A DNA stretch of 63,257 nt, the filler included, from Octopus bimaculoides (taxonomy: Eukaryota), in the NCBI RefSeq assembly GCF_001194135.2. It is 4 parts of 3 records of this genome, joined end to end, with 100 filler letters (N's around TTAATTAATTAA, not from the genome) between each part and the next. Parts side by side here need not be neighbours in the genome. Positions count along the whole stretch, not along the records: positions 1 to 27,856 come from NC_068983.1; 3 more parts are not named here. One strand, written 5' to 3'. Below the pieces are notes generated by a model. The model made no database searches and had not been told where the DNA came from. It saw nothing but the letters and a program-made list of their open reading frames with translations. Made by a program: the position numbers and the translations under genes. How positions within the stretch are numbered: the stretch's first letter is position 1; every line of letters begins with the position of its first letter. Shown piece after piece: positions 15,047 through 26,700 of the stretch.

Positions 15047-16779
15047 ATACAAACATATATTACACATATACACTGTATATCTATTGTATATATAGATGCA
15101 CTCACACACACGCACACAAACATATATATGTGCACAAGTGAATACATCACCGGAGTGATAAATAGTTGATTATTAAAATAGATAAGTATATAGGTGGATA
15201 AAATATGAGACGGTGGTAGAATGAGACCGACAGATAGACAAACTGACGGACACAAAATCCGACAGCTAAACAGAGACTGTAGACATAAATAAACAAATAG
15301 GGCTCCATTCACCACTGACACTGCTTACAGCTGTCAGTTGTATCTGCCAACGTCTCGTATTTGCAACTTATAGGTGGAACCAATGAGATTCACCTGTCTT
15401 GTAACGATGACACTGATAAGGCACAAACTTTATCACTTCGGCAACAGACCGAAATATTGATTCCTAGCATAGGCATAATGCCACAACTCGTGGTTACTTA
15501 ATTTAACAACGTAGGAAAACTACAGTCATCCCCAAATGGGATTTGAAATCAGAACTTAAAGAGAAAGGGAATCACTGAGATGTGATGTCTACTTTTTGCT
15601 AAGATCAGTGTTCTAGTGAGAATAGAGACGTAATCCCAAAATTGTGTCAAAAGACAAGGATTTTTTTCTTGTCTCCTTTTATGCTTATTAGCATATCTTG
15701 AGATTAGTCCACATTATGTTTAGTCAGCCACTTTATTTAATGGGATTGTATGATATTCAAGTTTTTAGAAAGGCGAGAATATTGTATGTCCCAACTTCCA
15801 CTATTCTGTTACAAGTGTCTTGTGGATACAATTATATATCGGGAAGAACTTTCTATGATGTTTGCTTAGATTTTTCAGAAACACTATAATAGTTTGTAGA
15901 TAGAAACTAGCTCCATAGAAGCCGCATGTCGAATGGCTGGGAAACGGCCAAAGTTTCCAAATACAAAGGGATTTTTTTGTTATTGCATTTTGTATAAAGT
16001 TGGCAGTTCATTTATAGCTATATAGCCAAAAGTAGACAGAGCCAGGCTGAATGTTTTAAAAAGTTTCTTTTGCAATCACAAGGTCCCAAGTTCGATCGCT
16101 CTGTGTGGTACACTGGTCAAGTGTCTGTGGCTCTTATAACGGTCCAACTTAAGCCCTGTCGGCGACATTGGATTGATGGAAAATATGCAGTATCATATCT
16201 GATAGACTACGTGTCCTTCAAAGTGACAACCTTGTACATACACTGTGACGAGGTGATTCTCCTCTGAGTATTACATTAATGGTACGGTTGTTTGTGAGAT
16301 ACTCAGCTACTTTAGCACAAATTCAATGAGTAAGTGGGTAATTCAGTTGTGCGAACAACTAGATTTTCGTCGTCGAAATCTACGGAGAACCATTTACTTT
16401 AACTACATTGCTTTACTAAATCAGTACCGCATTTTCATCTCATTAATCTTTATACGTAGCAAATAGAGAACCGAATTATAAATATCAGTCTATAATTAAA
16501 GAAATGTAAATAATCCAAAAATTCCCAATGAGTTTCATTATTCCAACTTGTGCTTAACTTCATTTGGAAACCCTAATCCGTTCTGTCATCCTTCTGATTT
16601 CACTTTCAAGGTTGGTATGCAGCAAAACATCCAGTTGTTAAATGATACGGCATACGACATCAACAAAAAAGCAAACCTTTTAGTTGAATGATGAGTTCGA
16701 CGAATACATTATTGGATTGGAAGATGTTCGTTACTTATTTTTTGTTCCAAACACTGCCAAAATAGTTTCTTCGTAGGAT

Positions 16780-17790
16780 TTATGTGGGTAGCGGGTTACG
16801 ACCTGTAACCTTATGTATCTACAAGCTTTCAATAGTCTTTCAAGAGTTTAAAATCCTCCTCATAATCTTTCTTGTCCCTAAGAGACAAACTTTCCGTAGA
16901 AGCTCTACAGGACCTGCTATTCCAAACTCCTTCAATCATTTGTCTATATCTTTACTTACAGTTCCCAATTCAACAGTTACTACAGGCACAATCTTCACAG
17001 CTTTCATATATAAATTCTTGCAATTTCANNNNNNNNNNCGGGTTACGACCTGTAACCTTATGTATCTACAAGCTTTCAATAGTCTTTCAAGAGTTTAAAA
17101 TCCTCCTCATAATCTTTCTTGTCCCTAAGAGACAAACTTTCCGTAGAAGCTCTACAGGACCTGCTATTCCAAACTCCTTCAATCATTTGTCTATATCTTT
17201 ACTTACAGTTCCCAATTCAACAGTTACTACAGGCACAATCTTCACAGCTTTCATATATAAATTCTTGCAATTTCAAATTTTAAGGGATTTTTGGGGTCTT
17301 TATCAATTTTTTTCTTTTGCTTTTCATCTTCTTTCTTTACAATCCTGGAATCAATCGGACATGATGGATCAATTAGTAAGCAACTTCGCTTTTCCTTGTC
17401 TATTATTGTTATGTCCAATCTATCATTTTCTAGCTTCTTATCGTTTGAACAGAAAAATCCCATAAAAGTTTGCATTTTTCCGATTCCATGTATCACCAGC
17501 TTCAAATCCCCATTTCTGATGAGGTTTCCAGTCTACAACTTTCTAACTTAGTCATGCCTCCATTTGTGATATTCTTCCTGCAACACTGTAAGACATTTTG
17601 TAATATTGCGTGCCAAAGTTTCAGTCGTAATTCCACAGACTCTACATTTTCCTGACACCTTCTCCCATTATACATATTTTCTTAAGTTGTTTGTTTTTAT
17701 CTCCTGATCTTGAGCTGCTACAATTAGGTTCACTGTTTCTTTTTTAATTGTTTTTTTCTTAAGCAAGCCCAGGACTTGATTAACAAAGGG
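16780..17790 (-). mobile_element. 5'-truncated R4/Dong-type LINE (CCHC zinc knuckle + RLE), pseudogenised
   Basis: Minus strand reads 'LIVAAQDQEIKTN', 'KCRVCGITTET', 'YHKWRHD', 'NDRLDITIIDKEKRSCLLIDPSCPIDSRIVKKEDEK' and 'ELLRKVCLLGTRKIMRRIL'. Part of it is duplicated across a 10-N gap. Confidence 0.9.
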
Positions 17791-17939
17791 CAATTACTAT
17801 CATTATTATTATCATTATTATTATTATTATTATCATCATCATCATCATCATTGGTTACATAGCTGTTACATCGCTAGTAAGTTTCTCTATTTATGTTTTC
17901 AAAAGTTGTTATTTGTTTAAATTTTGTTACATAACAATA

Positions 17940-18104
17940 GGCGTAGGAGTGGCTGTGTGGTAAGTAGCTTGCTTACCAACCACATGGTTCTGGGTTCAGT
18001 CCCACTGCGTGGCACCTTGGGCAAGTGTCTTCTACTATAGCCTCGGGCCGACCAAAGCCTTGTGAGTGGATTTGTTAGACGGAAACTGAAAGAAGCCCGT
18101 CGTA

Positions 18105-18145
<41 letters not shown>

Positions 18146-18146
18146 T

Positions 18147-18222
<76 letters not shown>

Positions 18223-18438
18223 TGTGTCTATGTTTGTCCCCCCCAACATCGCTTGACAACCGATGCTGGTGTGTTTACGTCCCCGTAACTTAGCGGTTCG
18301 GAAAAAAGAGATCGATAGAATAAGTACTAGGCTTGCAAAGAATAAGTCCTGGGGTCGATTTGCTCGACTAAAGGCGGTGCTCCAGCGTGGCCGTAGTCAA
18401 TTGACTGAAACAAGTAAAAGAGTAAAGAGTAAAGAGTA
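17940..18438 (+). mobile_element. SINE family A, full-length young copy (tRNA head, CORE/V-like segment, internal microsatellite, GAGTAAA tail)
   Basis: A-box-like 'tggctgtgtgg', B-box 'ggttcagtccc', 'gcaccttgggcaagtgtctt', (TA)n(TG)n, tail 'aaaagagtaaagagtaaagag'. Resembles described octopus tRNA SINEs (OK/OR group) from memory; assignment not verified. Confidence 0.95.
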
Positions 18439-19502
18439 ACATGTTAAGGTCACCAGAATCACATAGGACTGATTGCTTTAGTTATTTTCACCTATTTTGG
18501 AGCAAAAATTAGAAAAGAAAATTTGGACATTTTGCTTTGAAAATATTTTTAAAAAATCATGGCGTTGGTTGGCTTAGCTAGTTTACTAGACAGCTAAGTG
18601 AGAGAAAAAAATCTAAGAGTTGCAGTACACTTCAGACTCCCACGCCCTTGCCCCTCACATGGAAAAAAAACTCCACTCTTCAAGTCAAAGTCCAAAGATC
18701 TACATTACTGTTATTAAGGTAGACAACAGTATCAGAAGGGAGGGAAAATATCAACGTTGATTGTTCAAAGTTCAACCGATATAGAATGTGACTACAACAA
18801 TGGATGGAGCAGCAGCACCTGCACGCGGCAACTAAAAGTATCAACGGTAGCAGCGGAGGTGGCAACAACAACAACAATAACAACAACCACAACAGCAGCG
18901 ACACCAGCAGCAACAATACGAAACAATAGCAATAATGAAGACGAGAAACACAGTGATAAGAGAAATATTACGTTTATAAAAACGTTGGTGAGGGTAGCAG
19001 CCAAATCAGTGCACTCTGTCCTACTGTCAGTAAGTGATAAGGAGAGGCGACTCAGACAGAGAAATAAAACAACTCGTCTGTCTCACAAGACAGCAGCCCT
19101 TGATTTTAGACAGAAAAGAGGCATAGCGCTTGACACCTGAATGTCATTAATTGCACACGGCCCATTAATAGTCCACGTTGGTATTCTGTAGAAGATTAAT
19201 GGTGGGAAAATGCAATGATTGTCTCGAAGAATCTCTTGGTGGCGATGGAAATCGAGTGGCCTGTTTAGGACTGGATAATTCCTAGAAATTCCTAGCCTGT
19301 CAGTGCTACCGGGGGTCGGGGTGCGCTGTCGGTTCGAAATAAGCTCAACAGTTATTGGGGGTGTGGTACCAAGCGTATTCTAAATGCGCGCAAAGTAACG
19401 TTACTATTATGCAAGTGCTCACCTTGTGCCCGAGTATTACTGATTAGTGAAGTTATATCGAGCATTTGCTATAGAATGTTGGACAGATTCTGCTATCACC
19501 TG

Positions 19503-19618
19503 TGTAGAGGACGAAGACTCTGTAGAGGACGGAGACTCTGTAGAGGGCAAAGACTCTGTAGAGGACGAAGATTCTGTAGAGGACGAAGACTCTGTAGAGG
19601 ACGAAGACTCAGTAGAGA
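19503..19618 (+). repeat. 18-bp minisatellite, ~6.4 units of TGTAGAGGACGAAGACTC
   Basis: Units start at 19503, 19521, 19539, 19557, 19575 and 19593, with a partial unit at 19611; 0-2 substitutions per unit. Confidence 0.97.
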
Positions 19619-19619
19619 A

Positions 19620-19800
19620 TATCCTGCGGTATTCGGTTTCATTTCTTTACCTTTAGAGTTCAAGTCCCGTTGAGGCCGACTTTGCCTTCGTCGCATCGAG
19701 TTAATGAAATAAGTACCAGTCAGGAATTAGGATTGGCTTTAATGGTGGATATATGTCACACCTTAAATGTGTAGTTTTGCGTATGTTAGAAATCATTACA
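19620..19800 (+). mobile_element. Degraded family-B SINE body
   Basis: 'gagttcaagtcccgttgaggccgactttgcc...gaaataagtaccagt...tatgttagaaatcatta'. Confidence 0.7.
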
Positions 19801-20949
19801 TTTACGAAGGTAGTGAGCGAAAGGATTCATGGAATTTTAAACCAAAGGCATCACCTCGTTTACTTACATCCATTTCCGTCTTAATTCAAATCCACTTGAA
19901 GCTGTCGTGGTTTTTTTTTTCTTTTTAGGTTCGATAATATAAGTTTTAGTTTAGCACCGCTCTAGATATAAAGGTCAAGTTCTTGAGTCATAATGTGCGA
20001 CCTTGTATCTATGGTAAAAATTATTATTATGGTATCAGAATTTGGTGTGTTGTATAAACAGCGGGGTGCCGATCTTAATAATGCATAATTCAGTCATGTT
20101 TCTTAGCATTCGTTTCAAATTCACATAAAGATGAGATAAATTTTACCTTCTATTTATCCATGACTGCTAAAATATATACCAGTCAAGCACTGAGTCAATG
20201 ATAGCTTTAAACATCCTGTCCGTAAATATTTGTGGCCATGTGCCAAAGCTAGAAATCTTTATCGTTAATACAGGTTGGCTGAGAGATGTATATCTTCGTC
20301 ATTGTTATTATAACCTGTCGAAACTTGAAAAATTTAACGATAAAGAAATGGCTTGGCGTCTAGCCATTTACGCCGAAGATACTTCGCAGCTCACTTTAGT
20401 GATTAATATATACCTATCATAAAGCCTTGGAATATTTCCACCCTGATTTTAATAGTACACATATTTTATTCTTCATATGCTCGATTTTTTTTTTGCGTAA
20501 AGGTTACATGCATGTGGCAGACCTGTTTAACTGCTTATTTTTTCATACCTCTAAGTTAGAATAATCGTTGGAGATGGCCAAGACAGTAAAATAACAATGT
20601 ATATGCTTTAAACATAAACAGAAGGTACTTTAAATATGTTAAATTCAAAATACAATCATGATTGTTAGATTATCTTTCTTTTTACTTCTTGCTTTGGTTT
20701 TCTAATAAAATTAGTAACATTAAACTACTGGAATTAGTTTGTTCGATTAGATATTCTTTACAATAGAATAAAGAAGAATATCTCAAAAGTAAGCTAAAAG
20801 TTTTAATTTGATGCAGATGTCACAGAGAGTTTAGAAAGTAGATATTTAATTTACTTCACACTTCTTTTGTCTCTGGCCATATTCACATACCTCACGAGAA
20901 ATAGCAGCCCAATCATTCTCAAATCATACTCTACAACAATTTCAAATCG

Positions 20950-21860
20950 GGCACAAAGGATATGTTTAAAAAAGCAAAAAATGTGACGGTAACTGTATAA
21001 ATGTCGTCTGTTCGTTTTCATTCTAAGGCTCAAATTTGATCCTCAGTTGCAAATTGATTAATTGCTAAGTTAAAATCAAAATCCATATACAAGGAAACTA
21101 AGACACCATGAATAATTAGCTCCCAGGGACAGAATCTCAGTTGCAATGGAAAGACGATTCGATATGCATGTATAAGCCTGCTCCGATTCATATAGGTATA
21201 GAGGTTCTGAGTTTAGAACTAAGCAGATGATTTTAGATAAATCTTCCTCTAGATAAAAGCTGATAACTTCTGATATCGAAGAAATTGTGCTCATTACTGC
21301 ATGCCAATCAATTATTTGGCAACACTGAAATGCTTATTGCTGCTTTCAGGACTGATTAGTGCCAAGTTAGAGCTACTTGTCATGGCCAGAACAATACGAG
21401 TTGATGACAATGTTCTCTACAAGGCTAGAATTAATATCAAAATTAATATTATTGTTAGTCGTTTAAGTTTTTTGAAGAATGATGATAGTAATAATTTACC
21501 ATTCCACATCGCTTATAATTTAACATCAACAATTTCAGAATTAGAGAAGGAATCGGTACTTTTCTAAAGCCATATGCTACTTACCTGATATGTCTCTTGA
21601 AACTTGCTCCAGGTAACAATTTTTATGAGAGAGAAATGAGACTATGATATCCGTGCTTTTACCAGAAGCATTAGCAAAATAAATTAAGGGAAATTGCTTC
21701 AAAGAGAAATCAAAGCTAAACCGATAAACCAATTCGTAATGATATTTTCTTTAATCTCCGGTAAACAATTTTAAATGTCTGAATTAGTTAATGTCTTTCT
21801 TAGAATTCTATATTCTGTTCGTTCCTCTGGAAAAGAAACTCGTATAAATTTTACATCAAC
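20950..21860 (+). pseudogene. Possible heavily decayed hAT-type transposase
   Basis: Frameshifted 'RFHS.GSNLILS' resembles the CxxH-LNL motif. About 800 bp downstream, 'VFLRILYSVRSSGKETRINF' resembles the dimerisation motif. Many stops; weak by-eye similarity only. Confidence 0.3.
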
Positions 21861-22455
21861 CATGTTACTTTGATTTTATTGTTAACTACAGTAACTCATC
21901 ACGAATTCTTAGATGTTCATTTAGAGTAAACCTTATTAAAACTCTGTTTCGTGTCTATATAAACAACAAAAATAAAAACATAGTGACTTTATTGTCACTA
22001 CTTTAGCAAAAGCAATGCCATGTTTAGATGTTTTCGCTGGCTCGGTTCTTAGCACCACATATTCAACTAGCCTTGTTGTAGTGTAACCAAAAAACTTACT
22101 AACTATATATTAGCTTTGATATTGATTACATACTACCCAACAACTAGTTAACGTTGATAACGTAGCAATAAGACAGTAAGGTAATATATAGTTGATGTGT
22201 TAGCAACGTGTACGGAATGTTGAATTTTATATAATCCAAGCAAGGCGCACATTTCGACACATGTTCTTGTATAATGATGCCATATCAGATTATGCCATTA
22301 ATACTTGTAAGAACAAAGAAAAAAATATATATATTATATCTATGTATGTGATTAACCAAACCTGAAAGGTGCATATATTAGCACTAGCAAAGTTCTCATT
22401 ATATTGACAAACATGCATTTGTATGTATGTATGTATATATATGTATATATATTTG

Positions 22456-22490
<35 letters not shown>

Positions 22491-22740
22491 NNNNNNNNNN
22501 NNNNNNNNNNNNNNNNNNNNNNNNNNNNNNNNNNNNNNNNNNNNNNNNNNNNNNNNNNNNNNNNNNNNNNNNNNNNNNNNNNNNNNNNNNNNNNNNNNNN
22601 NNNNNNNNNNNNNNNNNNNNNNNNNNNNNNNNNNNNNNNNNNNNNNNNNNNNNNNNNNNNNNNNNNNNNNNNNNNNNNNNNNNNNNNNNNNNNNNNNNNN
22701 NNNNNNNNNNNNNNNNNNNNNNNNNNNNNNNNNNNNNNNN

Positions 22741-22779
<39 letters not shown>

Positions 22780-24661
22780 GATACACTGTATATATTAGCA
22801 GCAAGTCATAAGCCAGGTTATCACAAAATTTCTTCGTCAAATTCTATAACTTAGCAGTAAACACCAATCTATCTATATTTTAGCAAATGTCAACCCCAGT
22901 ATTTGTTCACAAAATTATATTTTTGTGTCTATAATTTCAACAGTAAGACGACGTCAGTGACGTGCACATTGGCTAAAAAAAAAAAAAAGCAACCTTCATC
23001 AATAGTTACGTTAGTGATAATTTCCTATCAATTGGTTACGTTAGTAACAACAAATAGTTGACGTAAACTTTATTGGCTTAAAGAAAACTAAGTTGCAAAC
23101 ACATCGGGTTTTGTGCAAGCAGCAAAATTCCAGCAAACATAGATAAGCTCCCATTTAGAAGTTAATACTGAAGCAATAATGGCTCGTCTTGATTTATTTA
23201 TTTACTTATACTGTTAGCAACAAGGCGCCAGTAGGCGTCTACTAACCGTATCCAAGTAACTAAGCCAAGTTGCGAACTACGTTACTTTTTAAATTACTCG
23301 TCAGTGAATAAAATATATTAAATAATGGATTTTAATGTAATTTGCAGTACATACTTGAAAGTTTTGCTAGAAATTACCAGCCATCATTGTTGTTCTCTTC
23401 ATTATGGACAGCATCGCCCGCCTGCAAAGATTTCCATTAATGTGTTTTTCAGCAAGTGTTAGTGTACTCGTGTTTATTTTCATTCTTTTAATTCTACATA
23501 AGTTTTGTTTTCGTTTATATTTCGTTTATTTTTTGTTTCGGTTCTTAGCTACTTTGTTTTCTTTTCTTTCTAATTGCCAACATAAAGAAGAAAAAAAAAG
23601 AAAGAAAGCTGGCCAACAGATTATGTCTACTTACTCATTTCTTATGGGGATTTTTTCTTTTCTTTTTTCATTACTTCATTTTGTTTTGCTTTCTACCTAT
23701 CTTCTAACTACTGCTATATCTTTTTACCTTTCTATATCTATCCCTGTTAGATTTCCACTTAGTCTTACTTAAGTGCTAGACAATCTCGCAAATAAGAAAC
23801 GAATTATGAAGATTCAAGCCATTACATGTTTATTCACCGAAAATTGGCCGTTTCGTCGTTGGAATCACTTTGAATCAGTTTTAAGTGGTACCGGCTACGT
23901 TTTTCACATCTTTACCATCATCATCGTCGTCGTCATCCTTATCGTCGTGAGAATCATCGTCGTCGTCGTCGTCGTCATCATCATCGTCATCGTCATCGTC
24001 GTCGTCGTTGTCATCGTTGTTGTTGCTGTCGTAGTTGTAGCTGTGGTTGCTGTTGCTAGTATCATAATATTTTCAATGTTTCCTTCTATATGATCGATGT
24101 ACTTGCTTTCTCGCTTTCTCACTCTGTGAATTTCCATTAGTTACCTGAAATGCAATAAAAAGAAGGAAAAAAAAGACGAACATAGAATACACTTTGCCGA
24201 GCTCTCAAACGCATGAGTGTCATCGATGCGGTGGTGACGTTGTATTTGTTATCTGTTGAAGCTCTCGAGGTTATTGCTATCGTTCTGGTTCGTATTGTTG
24301 TTGTTGATCTTGTTGTCTTGTTGAGATCGTTTTTGTTGTTTCTAATACTGATGGTGATGTTGATGCCGTTTTCTTTTTTTTTTTGTATTTCATTATTTAT
24401 ATATACCTACTAGCTAAGAGTAGATTTTATTGGCTTAAGACTTTCATGAATTTGGCAGAATATTTATTAATCGTCTACAGTCCCCTATTTGTTAAACGTA
24501 CTAAGCTACAGAAATAAGACATGTATAGTAGCCGTCATAAAAGAAAATAATGTACACTCGTTTAAATATGTTGTCATGAGAATAACTAACTTTGCAGTTC
24601 TTGTCAAAAAAAATGAAGGCAAGCTTATTACGACCGACAATACTACTACTACTACTACTAC

Positions 24662-24723
<62 letters not shown>

Positions 24724-25125
24724 GGAGGCATGGGTCTTATCTAACTCGGAAACTACTATAAAACATCCACTGTAAGATGAAAATATAGCAAATAAAAAAC
24801 AATAGGAAATAAATATATATTGTTACAAAACACGAACAAATTTTTTTTTTGTCTTCAACGAAAGCAACAAATACAAATCAGAAATGGGAGACAGAAATGA
24901 CAGGCATTTGTGAGCTAAAAGGTGAAAGAACACCAGGAATTATGATGGAAGCAACCAATCTAGAAAACAAGTATGGCTATACACTTCCATGCTAAAATGA
25001 TGGTAAGAAAAGCTCTCACATGACCATTGTTTAGAAAAAACACAGCGACAGAGCGGGAATATGGAAACAAGAGGCAACCAAAATACTCAACACTGGATGA
25101 GAAGGGTAGGACTTCAAACTTGTAT

Positions 25126-25657
25126 GAGCGGCTGCTGTGTGGTAAGTAGCTAGCTTACCAACCACATGGTCCCGGGTTCAGTCCCACTGCGCGGCATCTT
25201 GGGCAAGTGTCTTCTACTATAGCCTCGGGCCGACCAAAGCCTTGTAAGTGGATTTGGTAGACGGAAACTGGAAGAAGCCCGTCGTATATATGTATNNNNN
25301 NNNNNNNNNNNNNNNNNNNNNNNNNNNNNNNNNNNNNNNNNNNNNNNNNNNNNNNNNNNNNNNNNNNNNNNNNNNNNNNNNNNNNNNNNNNNNNNNNNNN
25401 NNNNNNNNNATATATATATATGTATGTATGTGTGTGTGTATGTTTGTATGTGTGTGTTTGTCCCCCCAACATCGCTTGACAACCGATGCTGGTGTGTTTA
25501 TGTCCCCGTAACTTAGCGGTTCGGCAAAACAGATCGATAGAATAAGTACTAGGCTTCTAAAGAATAAGTCCTGGGGTCGATTTGCTCGACCAAAAGGCGG
25601 TGCTCCAGCATGGCCACAGTCAAAAGACTGAAACAAGTAAAAGAGTAAAAGAGTAAA
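25126..25657 (+). mobile_element. SINE family A, full length, internal microsatellite gapped
   Basis: High similarity to 17940-18438; N gap at 25296-25409 sits inside the central repeat. Confidence 0.95.
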
Positions 25658-26065
25658 GCTCTGCCACCAAAGCACTTCAGAATATATGTGTTGGTCAGTA
25701 ACAATAACACACATTGTCTCCAGCTGCTCACAATGAAACACTAGAACTGGTGATTACGCCAGCGTCATGAAGAACCAAAACAAGACAAGTATTACGAATA
25801 ATAACAACAAAAGAGTTATGTTTAAAAGTAGTTATATTTTGTAAATGTACACAAAGGAAAGATGTCCGCTTATGCCATCGGTTCACACAGACAAGAAGAA
25901 CAAGCTAATTGACGGATATTGCTGTCAACCAATATCAAAAACGAGCCCTAACCCTAAGTAATATATCAATCGCAACAGACGATAATACATCTCTCAAAAA
26001 ATTGGGAAAATATCAAACTATAAAGATCTTGAAATAGAGATAATCAGAATAGTGACTAAAACTTA

Positions 26066-26400
26066 TCGATTCAAATCGCCCTTTTTAGGGCGAATCCCCA
26101 TTTGTGATTGTCGATTGTCCTCGTCAACGTCTGCTTAACTAAACTGTTAATCCAATTTCTGTAGGCTTTGCGATCTGGGAAAGATGCGTTCAGCTTCAAG
26201 TAACAAGATCCCTCCCAAATATGTCTATCTTGTTTGACCATACAAGTTATAAGTCTGTAATCTATGTAGCTGACCATTTCTATTTGTGGACAACCTACTC
26301 TATCCTTATCTACTAGCCCGCAGAATACCCTAACTAGATACAATCTGAAGACACAATACGGGTCTTCTATGTCCTTATTAGCATATTTGGGAAATCAAGT
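26066..26400 (-). mobile_element. Possible RTE-type LINE 3' fragment
   Basis: 'DKDRVGCPQ...YIDYRLITCMVKQDRHIW' resembles the RTE C-terminus (R.GRP..TY.D...M.DR..W). It interrupts the R4 remnant. Confidence 0.4.
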
Positions 26401-26454
26401 TCATATCTTAGAAACTTGGAGACAACAATAATTCCTCAAATTTTGGGGCAGAGG

Positions 26455-26612
26455 TATAGTCGATTATATTATATTATATTAATCTCGACGTTCAAGTGTT
26501 ACTTATAGTATCAACCCCGAAAGAATGAAAAGCAAAGTCAACTTTAAAGTTGACCTCAGAAGATAAAAACAGAAGAAATGCCGCGAAACATTTTGTCTGG
26601 TGTACTAATGAT
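26455..26612 (-). mobile_element. Degraded family-B SINE
   Basis: Reverse-complement 'gttgactttgcttttcattctttcggggttgatact'. Confidence 0.7.
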
Positions 26613-26700
26613 ACTACCTGTTTCCCACCTTAATAATGATGATGATGATGATGATAATAATAATAATAATAATAATGATAATAATAATAATAATAATAAT

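Larger units (their letters stand above)
24850..26450 (+). mobile_element. Old R4/Dong-type LINE fragment interrupted by later insertions
   Basis: 'W*EKLSHDH...TQHWMRRVGLQ' (to 25120), 'ISIATDDNTSLKKLGK...KDLEIEIIRI' (25965-26050) and 'RNLETTIIPQILG' (26410-26450) are colinear with the younger copy at 26701-27800. Confidence 0.65.

Noticed and set aside
21579-21595. 'ACTTACCTG' resembling the U1 snRNA 5' end
   Set aside because: No further U1 similarity; it is only a reverse-strand donor consensus.
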